Of a stretch of 64,000 nucleotides of DNA, positions 37,686-49,879 are shown in pieces. The position numbers and the translations under genes are program-made. Numbering within the stretch: position 1 is the first letter of the stretch; every line of letters starts with the position of its first letter. Source of the stretch: Lama glama (lineage: Eukaryota); contig CM052816.1 of NCBI GenBank assembly GCA_028534125.1, forward strand, positions 76,448,001 through 76,512,000. Reading direction: 5' to 3'. Under the pieces are notes generated by a model. The model saw nothing but the letters and a program-made list of their open reading frames with translations, did not search any database and was not told the DNA's origin.

Positions 37686-39249
37686 CCATGAACATCTTCT
37701 GAGAGATCAGCTCCAGAATGGGAGAAGCTACAGACCAAAAAGGACAGTAATAAGAAGCTAGGAGGATCTACCAGGGCCTGGACACACACATCATTTAGAT
37801 AAAAGGAAATCGGGGTTGGCTCTGACTGAATTCCTAGCTTCACTGCAAACTCTCTGAATGACCTCTGGGAATTTTTGCTTTATTTTGGTCCGCAAACTCC
37901 AGAAAGTTTCGAAAATTACATGAGATAAGGGTGGGAAAGCACCTTTCTCTCTCGGAAAATTCCAAAGGAAAATTATAAATAGTTTGTATAGCCATAATCT
38001 CAGTGCTGCTCATGGGTATTTATTTAAATATCTGCCCAGACTTTTGCTATCATAGATGATATCAGAGATGACAGATTACTTCTCTATGTATCAGGCTCTA
38101 AAAGGAATGGACACACTTTAACACAGCATGTTGGGAAAATCAGAACTTCCTAACTGAAAAGAAAACAACTCTGGGCTTTGTGATATTAAAGAAATATAGC
38201 TCTACTAAGGCATGAATTTAAGACATTTGTCTTCAGGGGATGTAGATTTTGCCAGGTTGGGTGAATTAAAATTGCCTAAAATTTCTCTAGAAACTTAACA
38301 CTTTTTCATTTTTCCACAAATCCACTTGAAAAACTTTGAGTATTTATGGCCTTTTTACAGTTTTCCCCCACAAATTTCCCTCCCTCAGAGGAACAGTGGT
38401 TTAATTAATTACAGTTTGTAGGTTCATTGGTAAACACAGTCAATCCAAAGTGTAACTATCAGTGAGAAAAATGTTTGGGTTCCAGATTTCGTCTAGCCTT
38501 GCCACATGGTATTTGCTAAAAAGTCTGTCTCTCAGCTATGCCAATTAATCATGGAGTTATGCTCTGAACCTGGAAGTTTAGTGGTCAAATGTGCTAGCAA
38601 AGAAAAAGATTGTATTCTATCTAAAAAGTATTAAGAGCATTAAAAATTAAATCAAAACTGATTCGATTATCTTTTTTCTCCCTCCATACATATATAGAGA
38701 TTTGAATTCATTGAAAAACGTAATTAATTAAACATAACAACTTAAAAAATCCCCAAACTTGGATATAACAAACATACATGGCCATCCTACCACAAAGCCC
38801 CTCCTGTTTTCAACTTTCTGAAAATACAGAAGAAAAATGGAAGTCACGTGTGTAAAGAAAAGACAGCGGAATGAATAAGAGCTAGAGAAGTGGTTCAAGA
38901 GGACAGGGAAGGAAAAGGCAGAGTGAAAGAAGGAGAAAAAAGTAGAGAAAATAAGGGCATGATAATGAGGCAAGAGGATGAGTGATAATTAAATGTCTTG
39001 CTGGTTTTTCTTTCCATGCCTTGCTGGTTTATCCTTTGTGCTCTTTTTTTTTGTTTTTGTTTTTGTTTGTTTTTAATTAGTGTTTTCTGACTGTTTTGCC
39101 TCATAGGAATTGAGTTTCTTCTTCCATTCAACTCACAGTGAAGCCAGTGGTGGGATGTTTTTTATACTATGGACTCTTCCCAAAATCCAGTAGATCTTTA
39201 TGGAGAAGGTAAGTCCCTCAACTTCCAAGATGTTACAATTACACACTGA

Positions 39250-39389
39250 TTTTTTTTTTCTTTTACTGTTTTTTACTGTTTTTTTAAAATTTATTTATAT
39301 TATTTTTTTAATGGAGGTGCTAGGGATTGAATCCAAGCATCCTTGTGTATGCTAAGTACATACTTTACCACTGAGCTATATCCTCCCCC
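39250..39389 (-). mobile_element. tRNA-Ala-derived SINE (Vic-1-like)
   Basis: 'tggaggtgctagggattgaatcc...atgctaagtacatactttaccactgagctatatcctcccc' preceded by a T-rich tail. Confidence 0.9.
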
Positions 39390-39649
39390 TTTTAATTAAT
39401 TAATTAATTTTTTATTATTATTTGGGTATCTTTTCCATGTGTTCTGAGACTTGATATTACCCATGCACCCAATGGTGAAACGAGCTTGACGATCTTCCTA
39501 TGCATAGATGCCACGATACATGCAATCTTTATATTCTTGAGGAAAATACACAGAGGATGAGCAGTGGAGGCCTAATAAGATGATGAGAACATTTTAGTTT
39601 TTATTGTTAATATTTTAGCTCATCTGGCTTGACTTTTATTTTAGAGGCT

Positions 39650-39860
39650 AGGATTGGCCTGTGGAAAGAACAGTAAGCAAGTGTAAGGAGCCTTTAGATC
39701 CCAGGGCTGACTCAGCCCTTAACTAGCTTTAAAAATTTTCATATTCCTCAATAGACAGTTTGTTTTTAATAGATAATTCAAAATCCAGTATTTTCATACT
39801 GGTTTCTTATTTGCTCTGCTTTGTAAACTGTAAAACTACTACAAAAATGCTGGTCATTAT
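39650..39860 (+). mobile_element. MIR fragment
   Basis: 'gtggaaagaacagt...cttaactagct...ctgctttgtaaactgtaaaactactacaaaaatg'. Confidence 0.5.
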
Positions 39861-42491
39861 TACTATTCTTTGTAGTAATGTCACCAGCAACGTAGTGGTA
39901 TAATAATTCATTTCCCATCTGAAAGGTTCATTGTACCAATTTGCCCCATTTCTTATGGACTTATGGGTGGCATTTCAGGAGGGGTTTTCATATAATTGTC
40001 CTCCCTGTGACCCCATTCTGCCTTGTCTGTAGCTTTTTCTCTCCTTGGCAATTGATCTCCAGTTCCCTTTGTTACAATTCCCTTAAGCCTCTGGAATCTG
40101 TAAACAAGCCTATAGCTCTGTTTGCATAGACAGTAACCGTTCTTCATATTTGGGGGAGGCAAGAGCATTAAACTAACGTATTTACAATAACAACCATGTG
40201 TTGCTATGAGATGTACCATGACAGGACTGAAAATCATTCTCTTTGTCATGCACGCAGAAGGTATAAATAAGGCAACCAGAGAGGTTTTATTTGTGTTAGC
40301 AACAGATGCGGAAGAGCAAAACAACTACTCCAGTAATACTGCCCACTTGCTGGTACAAACAGAAGAAAGACCTGGCAGCCCCGGGCTAAGTGAATTAGTG
40401 CTCCTCAGAGATGCCTTCGCCCGAGGCAGGGTTTTGTTCTTCCTCTATGATGTCTTTTCAGTGCCAAATATCTTGTCAGTCCCACTAATGAGGAGCCAAG
40501 CTGCCTGGGCTCTGAGTTGGACGTATTCCAAGGATGGCGAGTACCTTATTCACAGGTTGTTAATGTGATATCTCCTTTGACCTTGGGTGCTCTTTGGCCT
40601 CTGAACAATGCAAATAGGTGGTTTTGTTTTGTCTCCCACTTTAGTTTTCAGAATCACCACTCTTGGCCCTGTCACCATTTCCAGCCAGAAATTTGTCATC
40701 CTCTCTTCGTTGTTTGCTTCACTGTCCCAAAATCTGAGGTAGAAAAGACTGACCCTGCCCACGTGGTGGACTGAGTAGTCACACTCAACCAAAGTTTGAA
40801 GGAAGAGGGTCTGGAAGTTGCATTTTAACTCACAATCTTATGAGATTTTACATATTTTTCTAGCACATTTGATGCGGCCAGTGAACCAGTCTCCCTTTCC
40901 CACACAACCTTACCCTCAGGGCTCCCTACTCATTCACACGAACATTAACAATATTCTTCAGAGAACAGAGAAATCCTAGTCTGGTCAACGTGGAGTCAAA
41001 AATGAGGAGAAACACTCATTTTTGCCTTCATTTCGGTGATGCAACATGGCTTCCCTACATGTGTATCTGAATGTCAGAATTTTAAAACCGGCCTTTTTTG
41101 TTCTGACTGATTTCTCCAATAACCTCAGAAGATTTGTGGTCTGTAGATAAGATTTTGGTAGTCCGCATTTATCCACTTATAAATCAAATACTGGCTTGAG
41201 ACTCATATTACATGCAGTATATTATAGTAAATACTGTAGGGAGTGAAAAGATGAATTAGTGTATTTATCAAATAGATCGGAGTCCGATAGAAGAGATTAA
41301 CACCTATACATAAACAACTTTTATACATGCTTTCTTCTCTTCTATAAAGAATGGAGTTACCATTGATTTAGCACAAGCTAGAAATCTCAGCATTCTCCTC
41401 ATACAACATTGGTTATAAGAGTTTGCATAATTTATTTCCAAAATGTTTTTGAATATTTTTCTTCTAATAAACAGTTCACAAATTTAGCTTTCATAAATTT
41501 AGTACTAGTTCATAAATTTAAATGTTCTCCTTTGATCTATTGCAATGAATTGCTTGTTTGTTTATTCTGGAAACAATATGAAGCTATTAAAAGTATTCAG
41601 AGCAGACAGACTATGTGATTATGCCTGCTCTTTAAAAAAAAAAAACTACTGTTCATAAGTTAGGGTCTGGATCCTGAATGGACAGTTTTTCTAGGAGTGA
41701 CAAAGACCATCTCAACTGATGAAGAAAGGAAGAAAGCAGTAAAACCAGAAATCAATTACAACGTGGAATTATCGGAAACTTAGTTGACTTCCTTTATTAG
41801 AGCCATAGTAACTGTCTGACAAAATATAATTTATCAAATTAACACAGTATCCACTGAATGCAGAGCATTGCATGTTATATGTATGATAGACCCAGAAATG
41901 TGCCACACAGATTTCCTTTTAAGGCCTGGGAGGTAGTTGCAACATACATACTTGGGAGTTGAAAGAACCCCCACTTTTGGGCCTTGGCCTGTGAAGCAAG
42001 AGGTTATCACAGAGGGAAAAGCCAAGGGAAAGGCTTTAAAACTATCCTTCCCACTTCTGTTGAAGGTACCAACTCAAAATATAATCACGTCTAAGAAAAA
42101 GATTTATGAGCAGTATCAAATGATTTAGCTAGCTAGTCAAGGGCCTGGAAGAGAGAAAGATAGGAGTAGAGTATGTGACTAGACCTATCAAAAAAGAATA
42201 AATATGAAGATTTTTTTTGTATCATCTGTTAACTTGCATAAGAGATCAGCCATCACAGAAGAAATCCTAAACCAGCAAGTACACAAATGATTTGGCAGGT
42301 GTTCTTAGCTAGTATCTCTCATTGGCTTCTCTGGTGTTGGCATGAGAGGCACATTAAGAAGGTGATCATGGTGGAAAAATGGGCCAAAACTGATAAAACT
42401 TCCTCCACCACTGAGTGTCCAACCTACCCATATGAGCAGAGAACTGATGGTGTCCTCAGTAGAGAACAATGCTGAACCCCTAATACCACCC

Positions 42492-43081
42492 CTGCCGCCA
42501 CTCTGGAAAACAGAATGGCAAGTCCTCAAAAAGTTAAAAACAAAACTGCCATGTTATCCAGCAATCCTACTGTCTATTTTGGGTATATATCCAGTATCTT
42601 TAGAGATATTAGCACTCCCATATTCATAATAGCTAAGATGTAGAAATAATCTAAATGTCCATCAATAGATGAATGGATAAAGGAAATGTGGTATAAACAC
42701 ACAAAGGAATGCTATTCAGTCTTTAAAAAGAAGGAAATGTTGCCATATGTGACAACATGGATCGACCTTGAGGACATTATGCTAACTGAAGTAAGTCTGA
42801 CACAGAAAGACAAGCATTGCATGATTCCATTTATAGGAGGGATTTAAAATAGTCAGATTCATAAAACCAAAAACTGGGATAGTGGTTACTGGAAGCTTGG
42901 GGAGGGTGGGGAATGAGGAATCACTAATCAACAGGGATCAAGTTTCAGTGAGGTAAACTATAAAAGCTACAGAGAGCTGCTGTAGAGCGCTGTACCTGTA
43001 GTTAGCGATGATGTACACTAACTATTTAAGGGATATATTTTATGTTGTTTCTTATCACAGTAAAATAAAACTAAAAAGAAG

Positions 43082-43082
<1 letters not shown>
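42492..43082 (+). mobile_element. L1MA/L1MB-type 3' end inserted into the ERVL pol
   Basis: 'ccactctggaaaacag', 'aatgtccatcaatagatgaatggataaagg', 'cttgaggacattatgctaactgaa', and an A-rich end. Confidence 0.88.

Positions 43083-43122
<40 letters not shown>
43083..43122. repeat. (CA)n microsatellite at the L1 tail
   Basis: Directly visible. Confidence 0.95.
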
Positions 43123-43127
<5 letters not shown>

Positions 43128-44238
43128 CGCCATTCCTCAAGGAGACCAACCAGTTGCATCACTGATCACCAGTGCACAGGCCGGCTATTTGTTTTGATAG
43201 GAACAGATACATGCTCTAGGTACGGGTTTTTCTTCCCTGCCTGTGGAGTTGCAACCAGCACCACTATCTAAGGGCTTATAAAATGTTTGACCTACTGGTG
43301 TGGAATCCCACACACCATCACAACAGACCAGGCAGACAGTAAAGAATATTTGGGAGTGGGCCTGTGCCATGGGATCCACTACTCGTGTCACACAACACAC
43401 CACCCAGAAGCTGCTGGCCTCACAGAATGCTGGAGCAACCTCCCGAAGGCACAGCTGAAGCATCAGCTCAGAATTCTTCCGGGGATGGGGCCTGTGTACT
43501 TTAGGACACAGTATGTGCTTTGAATCACCTAACTTTACATGGTTTGTTGGCCCCAATAAGAAGAATACAATGAACCAGGAACCAAGTGATAGAAGCAGGA
43601 GTGGCCCTGCCTACTCTCACTCCCAATAACCCACTTGGAGGATTCGTTCTTATACCCACAGCTTTGGGCTTTGGCAGAGTTAAGAGTTCATGGCCCCCAA
43701 AGAGAGGCCAGGGGACACAGAGAGAACTCCACTGACCTGTAAATTTCAGCTGTTCTCTGGGCATGTTAGACAGGTACCGGTGGTAAGAACTAACCCTGAC
43801 CAGTGGGAGGAGGGAGGCTGCTCCCTGGAGCAAGGGAGCGGGGAGGAATATACTTGACCTCAGACTGGAGCATCTCTGTTGGTTCCTTGCCCTATCGTGA
43901 TGTTAAACAGACAAGTGCAGCAGTCACAGTCTGAGGAGCCACGGTGACCACAGTCTCAGATCCGTCAGAGACATGGTCTTAGTCCTGACACCAGATAAGC
44001 CACTGAGGCCGAGGCCAGCAAAGGAGTTCACTGAACCGAGAGAGATCTAGAATGAATAGTGGAGGAGGGAGACCATGATCATTTGTTGTGACCCCGAAGT
44101 CAGCTGCAGTGGAGGAGTTGTAGTTGCTCCCACCCACCTCCTTCCTTTATTTCTCTCAGGAAGAGCAGCCCACCAAATGCCTAGTGGAGTTCTTCCCCAG
44201 ATATATAAGAACTGACTCCAAGCACTACAGGCATAGAC

Positions 44239-44535
44239 TGTGAGGGACATGGAGGTGAAACACTCAGATCCTTTTCAAGAAAGGACATGGTACGCAACTT
44301 CAGGGAGCTTGTCAGTGGGTTGTCTCCAGCTGTCAGCCACTTCAGAGACTGTATCATCTGAAGAGAGTCAGCGTCACCAAGGGCTTGTCCTTCCTGAGGG
44401 GACCCACATTCAGTGACCAATGGAGGTTGGGCTGATCCATTCCTATCCAACACTCCCTGGGCCACTTAATGCCAGAGCTCCTTAGAGGAGATCTCAGGCC
44501 TGTACTGCAACTTGACTTCCCTCTGTTCCTGCTAC
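44239..44535 (+). mobile_element. LTR16-family LTR (3' LTR of the ERVL remnant, truncated)
   Basis: TG start 'tgtgagggacatggaggtg...cagatcc', then 'caccaagggcttgtccttcctgaggggacccacattcagtgacc' and 'ccagagctcc', collinear with my recollection of LTR16. Confidence 0.75.
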
Positions 44536-44559
44536 ACTGTGGGTTTTTTTGGGGGGATT

Positions 44560-44665
44560 TTGTTTTAATTGAAGTGTAGTTGATTTACAATGTTAGTTTC
44601 AGGAGTACAGCAAAGTGATTCAGTTATACATATACATATACATTTTTTTTTCTTTTCAGATTCTG
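44560..44665 (-). mobile_element. L1 3' tip
   Basis: 'aattgaagtgtagttgatttacaatgttagtttcaggagtacagcaaagtgattcag', also seen at 12380-12440. Confidence 0.85.
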
Positions 44666-46201
44666 TTTTGAAGCATGGTTCCCAGAAAACCCCAAATTTA
44701 AAAACATTTATACAGTGCTAGACTTTTAAAAAACACCCCTCAAATGATTTCGGAAACTCGTGTAACAACACTAAGAAAAGGTAAGCACGTTATAAACTCC
44801 TTCATGGGTAGGAGCATGTTTTATTCATCTTTATATTTTTTATACCTGGTGTGGTAACTGATACAGAACATTAAATTGCAATGAATTGAATCATACTGAA
44901 CTGGGAGGCTGGAATAATATATAATATTCAACAAAGAAAAAGAGGTTTCTTTTGTAATTAGTCACCCTTACTTGTTCCTACTTACTTACTTGCTTTTAGA
45001 GAGCAGAGTGTGAGATAATTACAGCCATCACCTCATGGAGATGTTACACACTTACGGTTGAAGGAATCGTGGTCCCCAGTCCTCATATTTCCTTGAGAAA
45101 CTATCCATTGAAGCTACACTTAAGGCCACTCTTTTCACCTTATTCTCTGACTTGTAGGGTTGGGAGAAGTTGTATGTATAGTTCAGCCCCTTCCCTATTT
45201 TGGAGCAACCTGCCAACAGCAACAATGGAGTTCTTTCTGCCTATTTTATGAGATCTGTCCATGTGATGAGAGGTATAGAATCTAGGATTATTTGGGTAAT
45301 TATTCCAATTTGAGGGACTATGAAAAAGTTTAAGGAAGTCTGTTTGTCTTTCAATCCAAGTCATGTTTTCTAAAACCAATTCTACCAGTCGTAACAGTGA
45401 TGTTTTAATGTCTATCAGTTGAAATTTTCTGTGCAAATATCTCAGATGGGAAGAGGGGTGTAATTAAACTCCAAACTCAGCTAACTCTGCAACAACTGAT
45501 TACCTTTCCTCGTACTTATAAGAGCCCATTCCCCCATCCTATCGTCCAAACCCCTTCATCAGCCCATCCCCATATCCCATGTGGCACTGAGTCTGTTTGA
45601 GTATTTACTCCTGATCGGTGTAGGTGTATTGAAATTTAGGCCTGAAGGATGTAGAGAGAGGTAGGAAGTATTATCTTTCCTAGTCCATTGTTTTTGCCTC
45701 CATAAGCTGGAGGGCAGGCACACAACCCTAGCAGGTAACCACTTCTCTGCTAAGACGAAGAAGACCTCTGTGATGACGGTAAGTCATTATCACCCACTCC
45801 TTTCATTCTAAGATTTACATTAAGCAATGTTTGTTCAGCATAGACAAGATGATAAGCACCCTTAACATAATGAAGAACTTGTGTATTTTCTTACTATTTT
45901 CCTTCACTTCTATTGGGGAGAGTAAAACTTAGCTTTACCATTACCTGTCTTGAATAACAAAAATAGTATCTTTGAAAAATATTAAGCTGGTATATTAAAT
46001 TAATTTTTCATAGTTCAAAGTCCCCTGAAGCTCCCCACAGATATCACCCAGAACAAAAAGGTAAATTGGAACTTCAAGTTTCAAAAATAAATTTTAGAAA
46101 CTATAATGGTATTATATGGTCTTGAAAAGTTTTTTGAAATATAAAGTATTTTTTTCCTATGTTAGAGAAATTTTCCTCTACATACTAAGAGTAAATCTTG
46201 G

Positions 46202-46529
46202 CTTGCTGGATCATATGGTAAGTCTATTTTTAGTTTTTTGAGGAATCTCCATCCTGTTTTCCATAATGGCTGCACCAAACTACATTCCAACCAACAGTGG
46301 AGGAGGGTCCCCTTTTCTCCACACGCTCTCCAGCATTTATTGTTCATGGACTTTTGGATGATGGCCATTCTGAATGATGCACGGTGATACCTCATTGTAG
46401 TTTTGTTTTGCATTTCTCTGATAATTAGTGATATTGAGCCTTTTTTTATATGTCTTTTGGCCATTCATATGTATTCAGAGATTGACACATTGCAATTGAG
46501 TGTACTTCAATTTAAAAAAAAATGTTTTA
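46202..46529 (+). mobile_element. 5'-inverted (twin-primed) L1
   Basis: Antisense ORF2 end 46202-46475 (ORF 46162-46464 reads as the L1 ORF2 C-terminus) joined to a sense 3' tip with A-tail; 15-bp TSD at 46187-46201 and 46530-46544. Confidence 0.85.
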
Positions 46530-46544
46530 AAGAGTAAATCATGG

Positions 46545-46695
46545 TGGATGTAGGGAGTATGCTCAGTGGTAGAGCACATGCTTGCTGTGCACAAGGTCCT
46601 GGGTTCAATCCCCAGTGCCTCTGTTAAGGAGCAAAATAAAAATAATAATAATAAATAAAATAAAAACACATTAAAAAAAACAAAAAAATTTTTTG
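46545..46695 (+). mobile_element. tRNA-derived SINE (Vic-1-like)
   Basis: 'gctcagtggtagagcacatgctt...ggtcctgggttcaatccccag', A-rich tail, TSD at 46530-46544 and 46696-46710. Confidence 0.9.
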
Positions 46696-47139
46696 AACAG
46701 TAAATCATGGAAATCTGAGCTTAGAGGTTTACCCTAGTTATGGAAGATAATGAATATTCAGTTTCATGCTTATATGTGTTATCACTTGTTTTAATTATAA
46801 AATAGAGACAAATATATTCTTCACTTTCATTTAACTTTATAGCACATATATTTTTCTATTTTTATAATGTCATTTTTTCTTCTCCATCCTCTCAACACAT
46901 ATCTGTATCCAAATAAACAGGTAAGTAGCCTACTGTGTATTATTTCACTCATTGGTTCATTCTCATATAATCACATTAAAATCATAATAGGATGTTTTTG
47001 TTGATATTTCTTTTTACAAGTCAACTTATATATGTGAATCTTTGGCCAGCTTTCTCACCTACTAATACATTAAATATCCTTTTTCAAGTCAGATATGCAT
47101 CTCTCAACTTTTTTTTAAATCATTGCTTTGGGTACTTTC

Positions 47140-47343
47140 TTAAATTAATATAATTTTTAGGGCAGTTTTAGATTTACAGGAAAATGGAGCAAATAGAGAC
47201 TTCTCACATACCCCCTCACACACAGTGTCTCCTGTTATTAACATTTTGCGTTAATGTGGTACTAGTGTAAACTATGGACTTTAGTTCATAGTAATGTACC
47301 AACATCCATCCATCAGTTGTAACCAATGTGCCACACTAATGCA
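47140..47343 (-). mobile_element. L1MC-type 3' UTR with an inverted segment
   Basis: Antisense 'tttttagggcagttttagatttacag...ttattaacattttgc' followed by sense 'gtgtaaactatggacttt...ttgtaaccaatgtgccacactaatgca'. Confidence 0.7.
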
Positions 47344-48189
47344 GCATTTTTGAAACAACTGTGTGACATTATATTGAATGAGTCTAGTTTTCCATTCCTT
47401 AAATAATTAGGATCCTAGCTGTTTATAACTTTTTACCACTATAACAATGCTGCAATAAACATCTCTGAACTTTTACCCTTATGTACTTGGAATTTTATTT
47501 CTATGAAATGAATTTTCATATGAAATTATCAGGTGAAAGTGCATATTTTACTCATTTACTGCTACTTGTATATTCATCCTCCCCCTTCATTCCATCAGAT
47601 TTTACAAGTGTAAATCACATTTTCTTCTAGGACTCTGGCACATACCTATTGAGATTTTTGTGGCTCATTTAATATGTTTAGATTTTCATCAACAACTAGA
47701 TGACAAGTTTGGCTGATATTACTGTAAGTACTGTGTTCTTAAAAGATGCAATGACCATATACGATTCTGTACCCACATGCTCTTATTCGAACGTTGCAAT
47801 TGTTTTCACAAGTTTAAGAATAGTTCCTTTGGGGTCCTGTTTCTTGGCAGAATTATTCCCAATGTTCTCTGCTAACTGATCTATAGACAGCTGGTCCAAT
47901 CCAGCATTCAAACTCTGTAAAACTGATCTAGTCCCGGATTTTATATTGTGTACCCCTTTATACTCGTACCACTGGTCATTTATTTGGAACTATTGTATAG
48001 GGAAATACTGTAAAGTCAGGTGAGGACTTGTAAGTAGTTTACAGTTTGCCCCTAACAGTATTTAATTTGCTTCTGCAACTTCTAGACTGTAGTCTTGTTG
48101 GCTAGAAACACATGTATGCATGGTGCTAGGAAGCAAGTAGGTTTAGATCACAATTTCTGAATGTGTGTTTTTGTGAGCAAGGAAATCTA

Positions 48190-48325
48190 GAGATGATCCA
48201 TTTGAACAACCAGATTTTAGTTGAAGAAACTCAATTTCAAAGAAGCAAAGTGAATTATTGTTACAGATCACCCATTCAGTTGTAGATAGGATCAAGACTA
48301 GAACAAGTGTCTTCTTAAATGACAC
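48190..48325 (-). mobile_element. MIR fragment
   Basis: 'attttagttgaagaaactcaatttcaaagaagcaaagtgaatt...gactagaacaagtgtcttc'. Confidence 0.55.
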
Positions 48326-48564
48326 TTCAAGACTTTTTTTATTTAACCACTCTTAGTCCATCCATTATTTAGGACTGGTTCTGTATGAACTCAGCTATCC
48401 CTGCTCCTTTCTGAGTTCATCCAGTGAAAACATAAATAAAATTTCAGCCTCTGTTCAATCTTGCAGTATTATTTAAGAGAATATTACATTCAAATTGTAA
48501 TGGCTAATTTTTTTGATCACTTACCATGAGCCTGGCATCATGGTTGATTTTTTATGATAATATG

Positions 48565-49160
48565 TTTTAATTATGGTAAAATAAACATAACATAAAATTT
48601 ATAATCTTAGTAATTTATAAGTGTACAGTTCAGTAGTATTAAGTACATTTATTTCTTGTACAACCAGTCTCTAGAACTCTAGAACTCTTTATTTTGCAAA
48701 ACCAAAATTCCATTTCCATTAAACAACAACTTCCCATTCCTTGCCCCACTTCACCATCCCCTGGCAACCACCAGCCTACTTTCTGTCTGTATGATTTTGT
48801 CTACTCTAGGCACCTCATATAAATAGAATTACAGTATTTATCTTTCTGCAACTGGCTTATTTCATTTAGCATAATGTCCTCAACATTGATCAATATTACA
48901 GCATGTGTCAGAATTTTCTTCCTTCTTAAGGCTAAGAAATATTCTTTTATAAATATATACCACATTTTTGTTTATCTATTCATCCATCAATGAGCAGTTT
49001 GGCTGCTTCTGCCTTTTGGCTATTGTGAATAACGCTGCTATGAACATGGTGTACAAATATCTCTTCTCAACCTTGATTTTAATTCTGTTGGTTATATACC
49101 CAGAAGTGGAAATGCTGGATCACATGGCAATTATATTTTAAATGTTATGAAGAACTATCA
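48565..49160 (-). mobile_element. L1MB-type 3' end
   Basis: 'aagtgtacagttcagtagtattaagtacatt', 'cccctggcaaccacc' and 'atacccagaagtggaaatgctggatcacatgg'. Confidence 0.9.
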
Positions 49161-49879
49161 AGGGCTGGTATTGCTCTCTCCTCCCCACAGTGGACATGCA
49201 TATCTTTGGAAAAAATCACAACAAAATATTTACACAGCCATGAGTTTAAAAATAGAAACTTGATAGCAATAAAATTTTTTGGAAGACTACATATCAAATA
49301 TATTGTCAGTCCGTTGGAGACTGTTGGCAATAAAATCTTGGGCTCAATAGATTGTAAGCATGAGGCAGTGTGACAAATCCTGTCTTCTTACAAACTAATC
49401 ATGGGCAGGTTGACAGTTCTGCACCACAGAGATGCCATTGTCGCTAAGTTTAATTTAAAAATCAGCGATTCCTATTACATGAATAATTCATGAAATCTAG
49501 ATTTGTGTAGTATTTCCCGTGAGACATCTATACTATGAAAACCTGAACAGAAATGATAAAGTTGTAAGTTTTCATAGGAGACGTTTTAGTTTGAGTTGTG
49601 ATTGAGAATATTCCTTGGAGACAGGTCCCACCAGTTTTCAAGCCAGTTAGCACAGGAAGGGGATAGAAATGGTGAGTGAGAGCGAGGCTGGTGGGTGAAC
49701 CTGTCTTCCTATCTCTCCTGTCCCAGTAGCCTTAAGTGGAACCCTGTGTGAGGGAGGCTGTGGTGAGTGATGTGGGACACGAGGAAATCTGAGTCTGCCT
49801 GGAGCCCCTCATCCCATTTTTCTCAAAAAGCTGTATTTAATCATCCAGAGCCTTTGTGCCTGGCCAGAAGTTTTTAAGT

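Larger units (their letters stand above)
41655..44238 (+). mobile_element. ERVL internal remnant (HERV16 / ERV3-16A3-like pol region), interrupted by an L1
   Basis: Translation 43180-43470 gives LFVLIGTDTCSRYGFFFPA...GIPHTITTDQ...HGIHYSCHTTHHPEAAGLTECWSNLPKAQL, matching ERVL integrase motifs; left boundary approximate. Confidence 0.8.

Noticed and set aside
40206..40568. 120-aa ORF as a gene
   Set aside because: No recognisable domain or homology; an overlapping antisense ORF of similar length suggests chance.
45707..45778. 72-nt open exon candidate ending in G|gtaagt
   Set aside because: Weak AAG acceptor, and the phase-1 continuation from the 39107-39208 candidate hits a stop.
46162..46464. 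100-aa ORF
   Set aside because: C-terminal L1 ORF2 fragment inside a truncated, inverted insertion.
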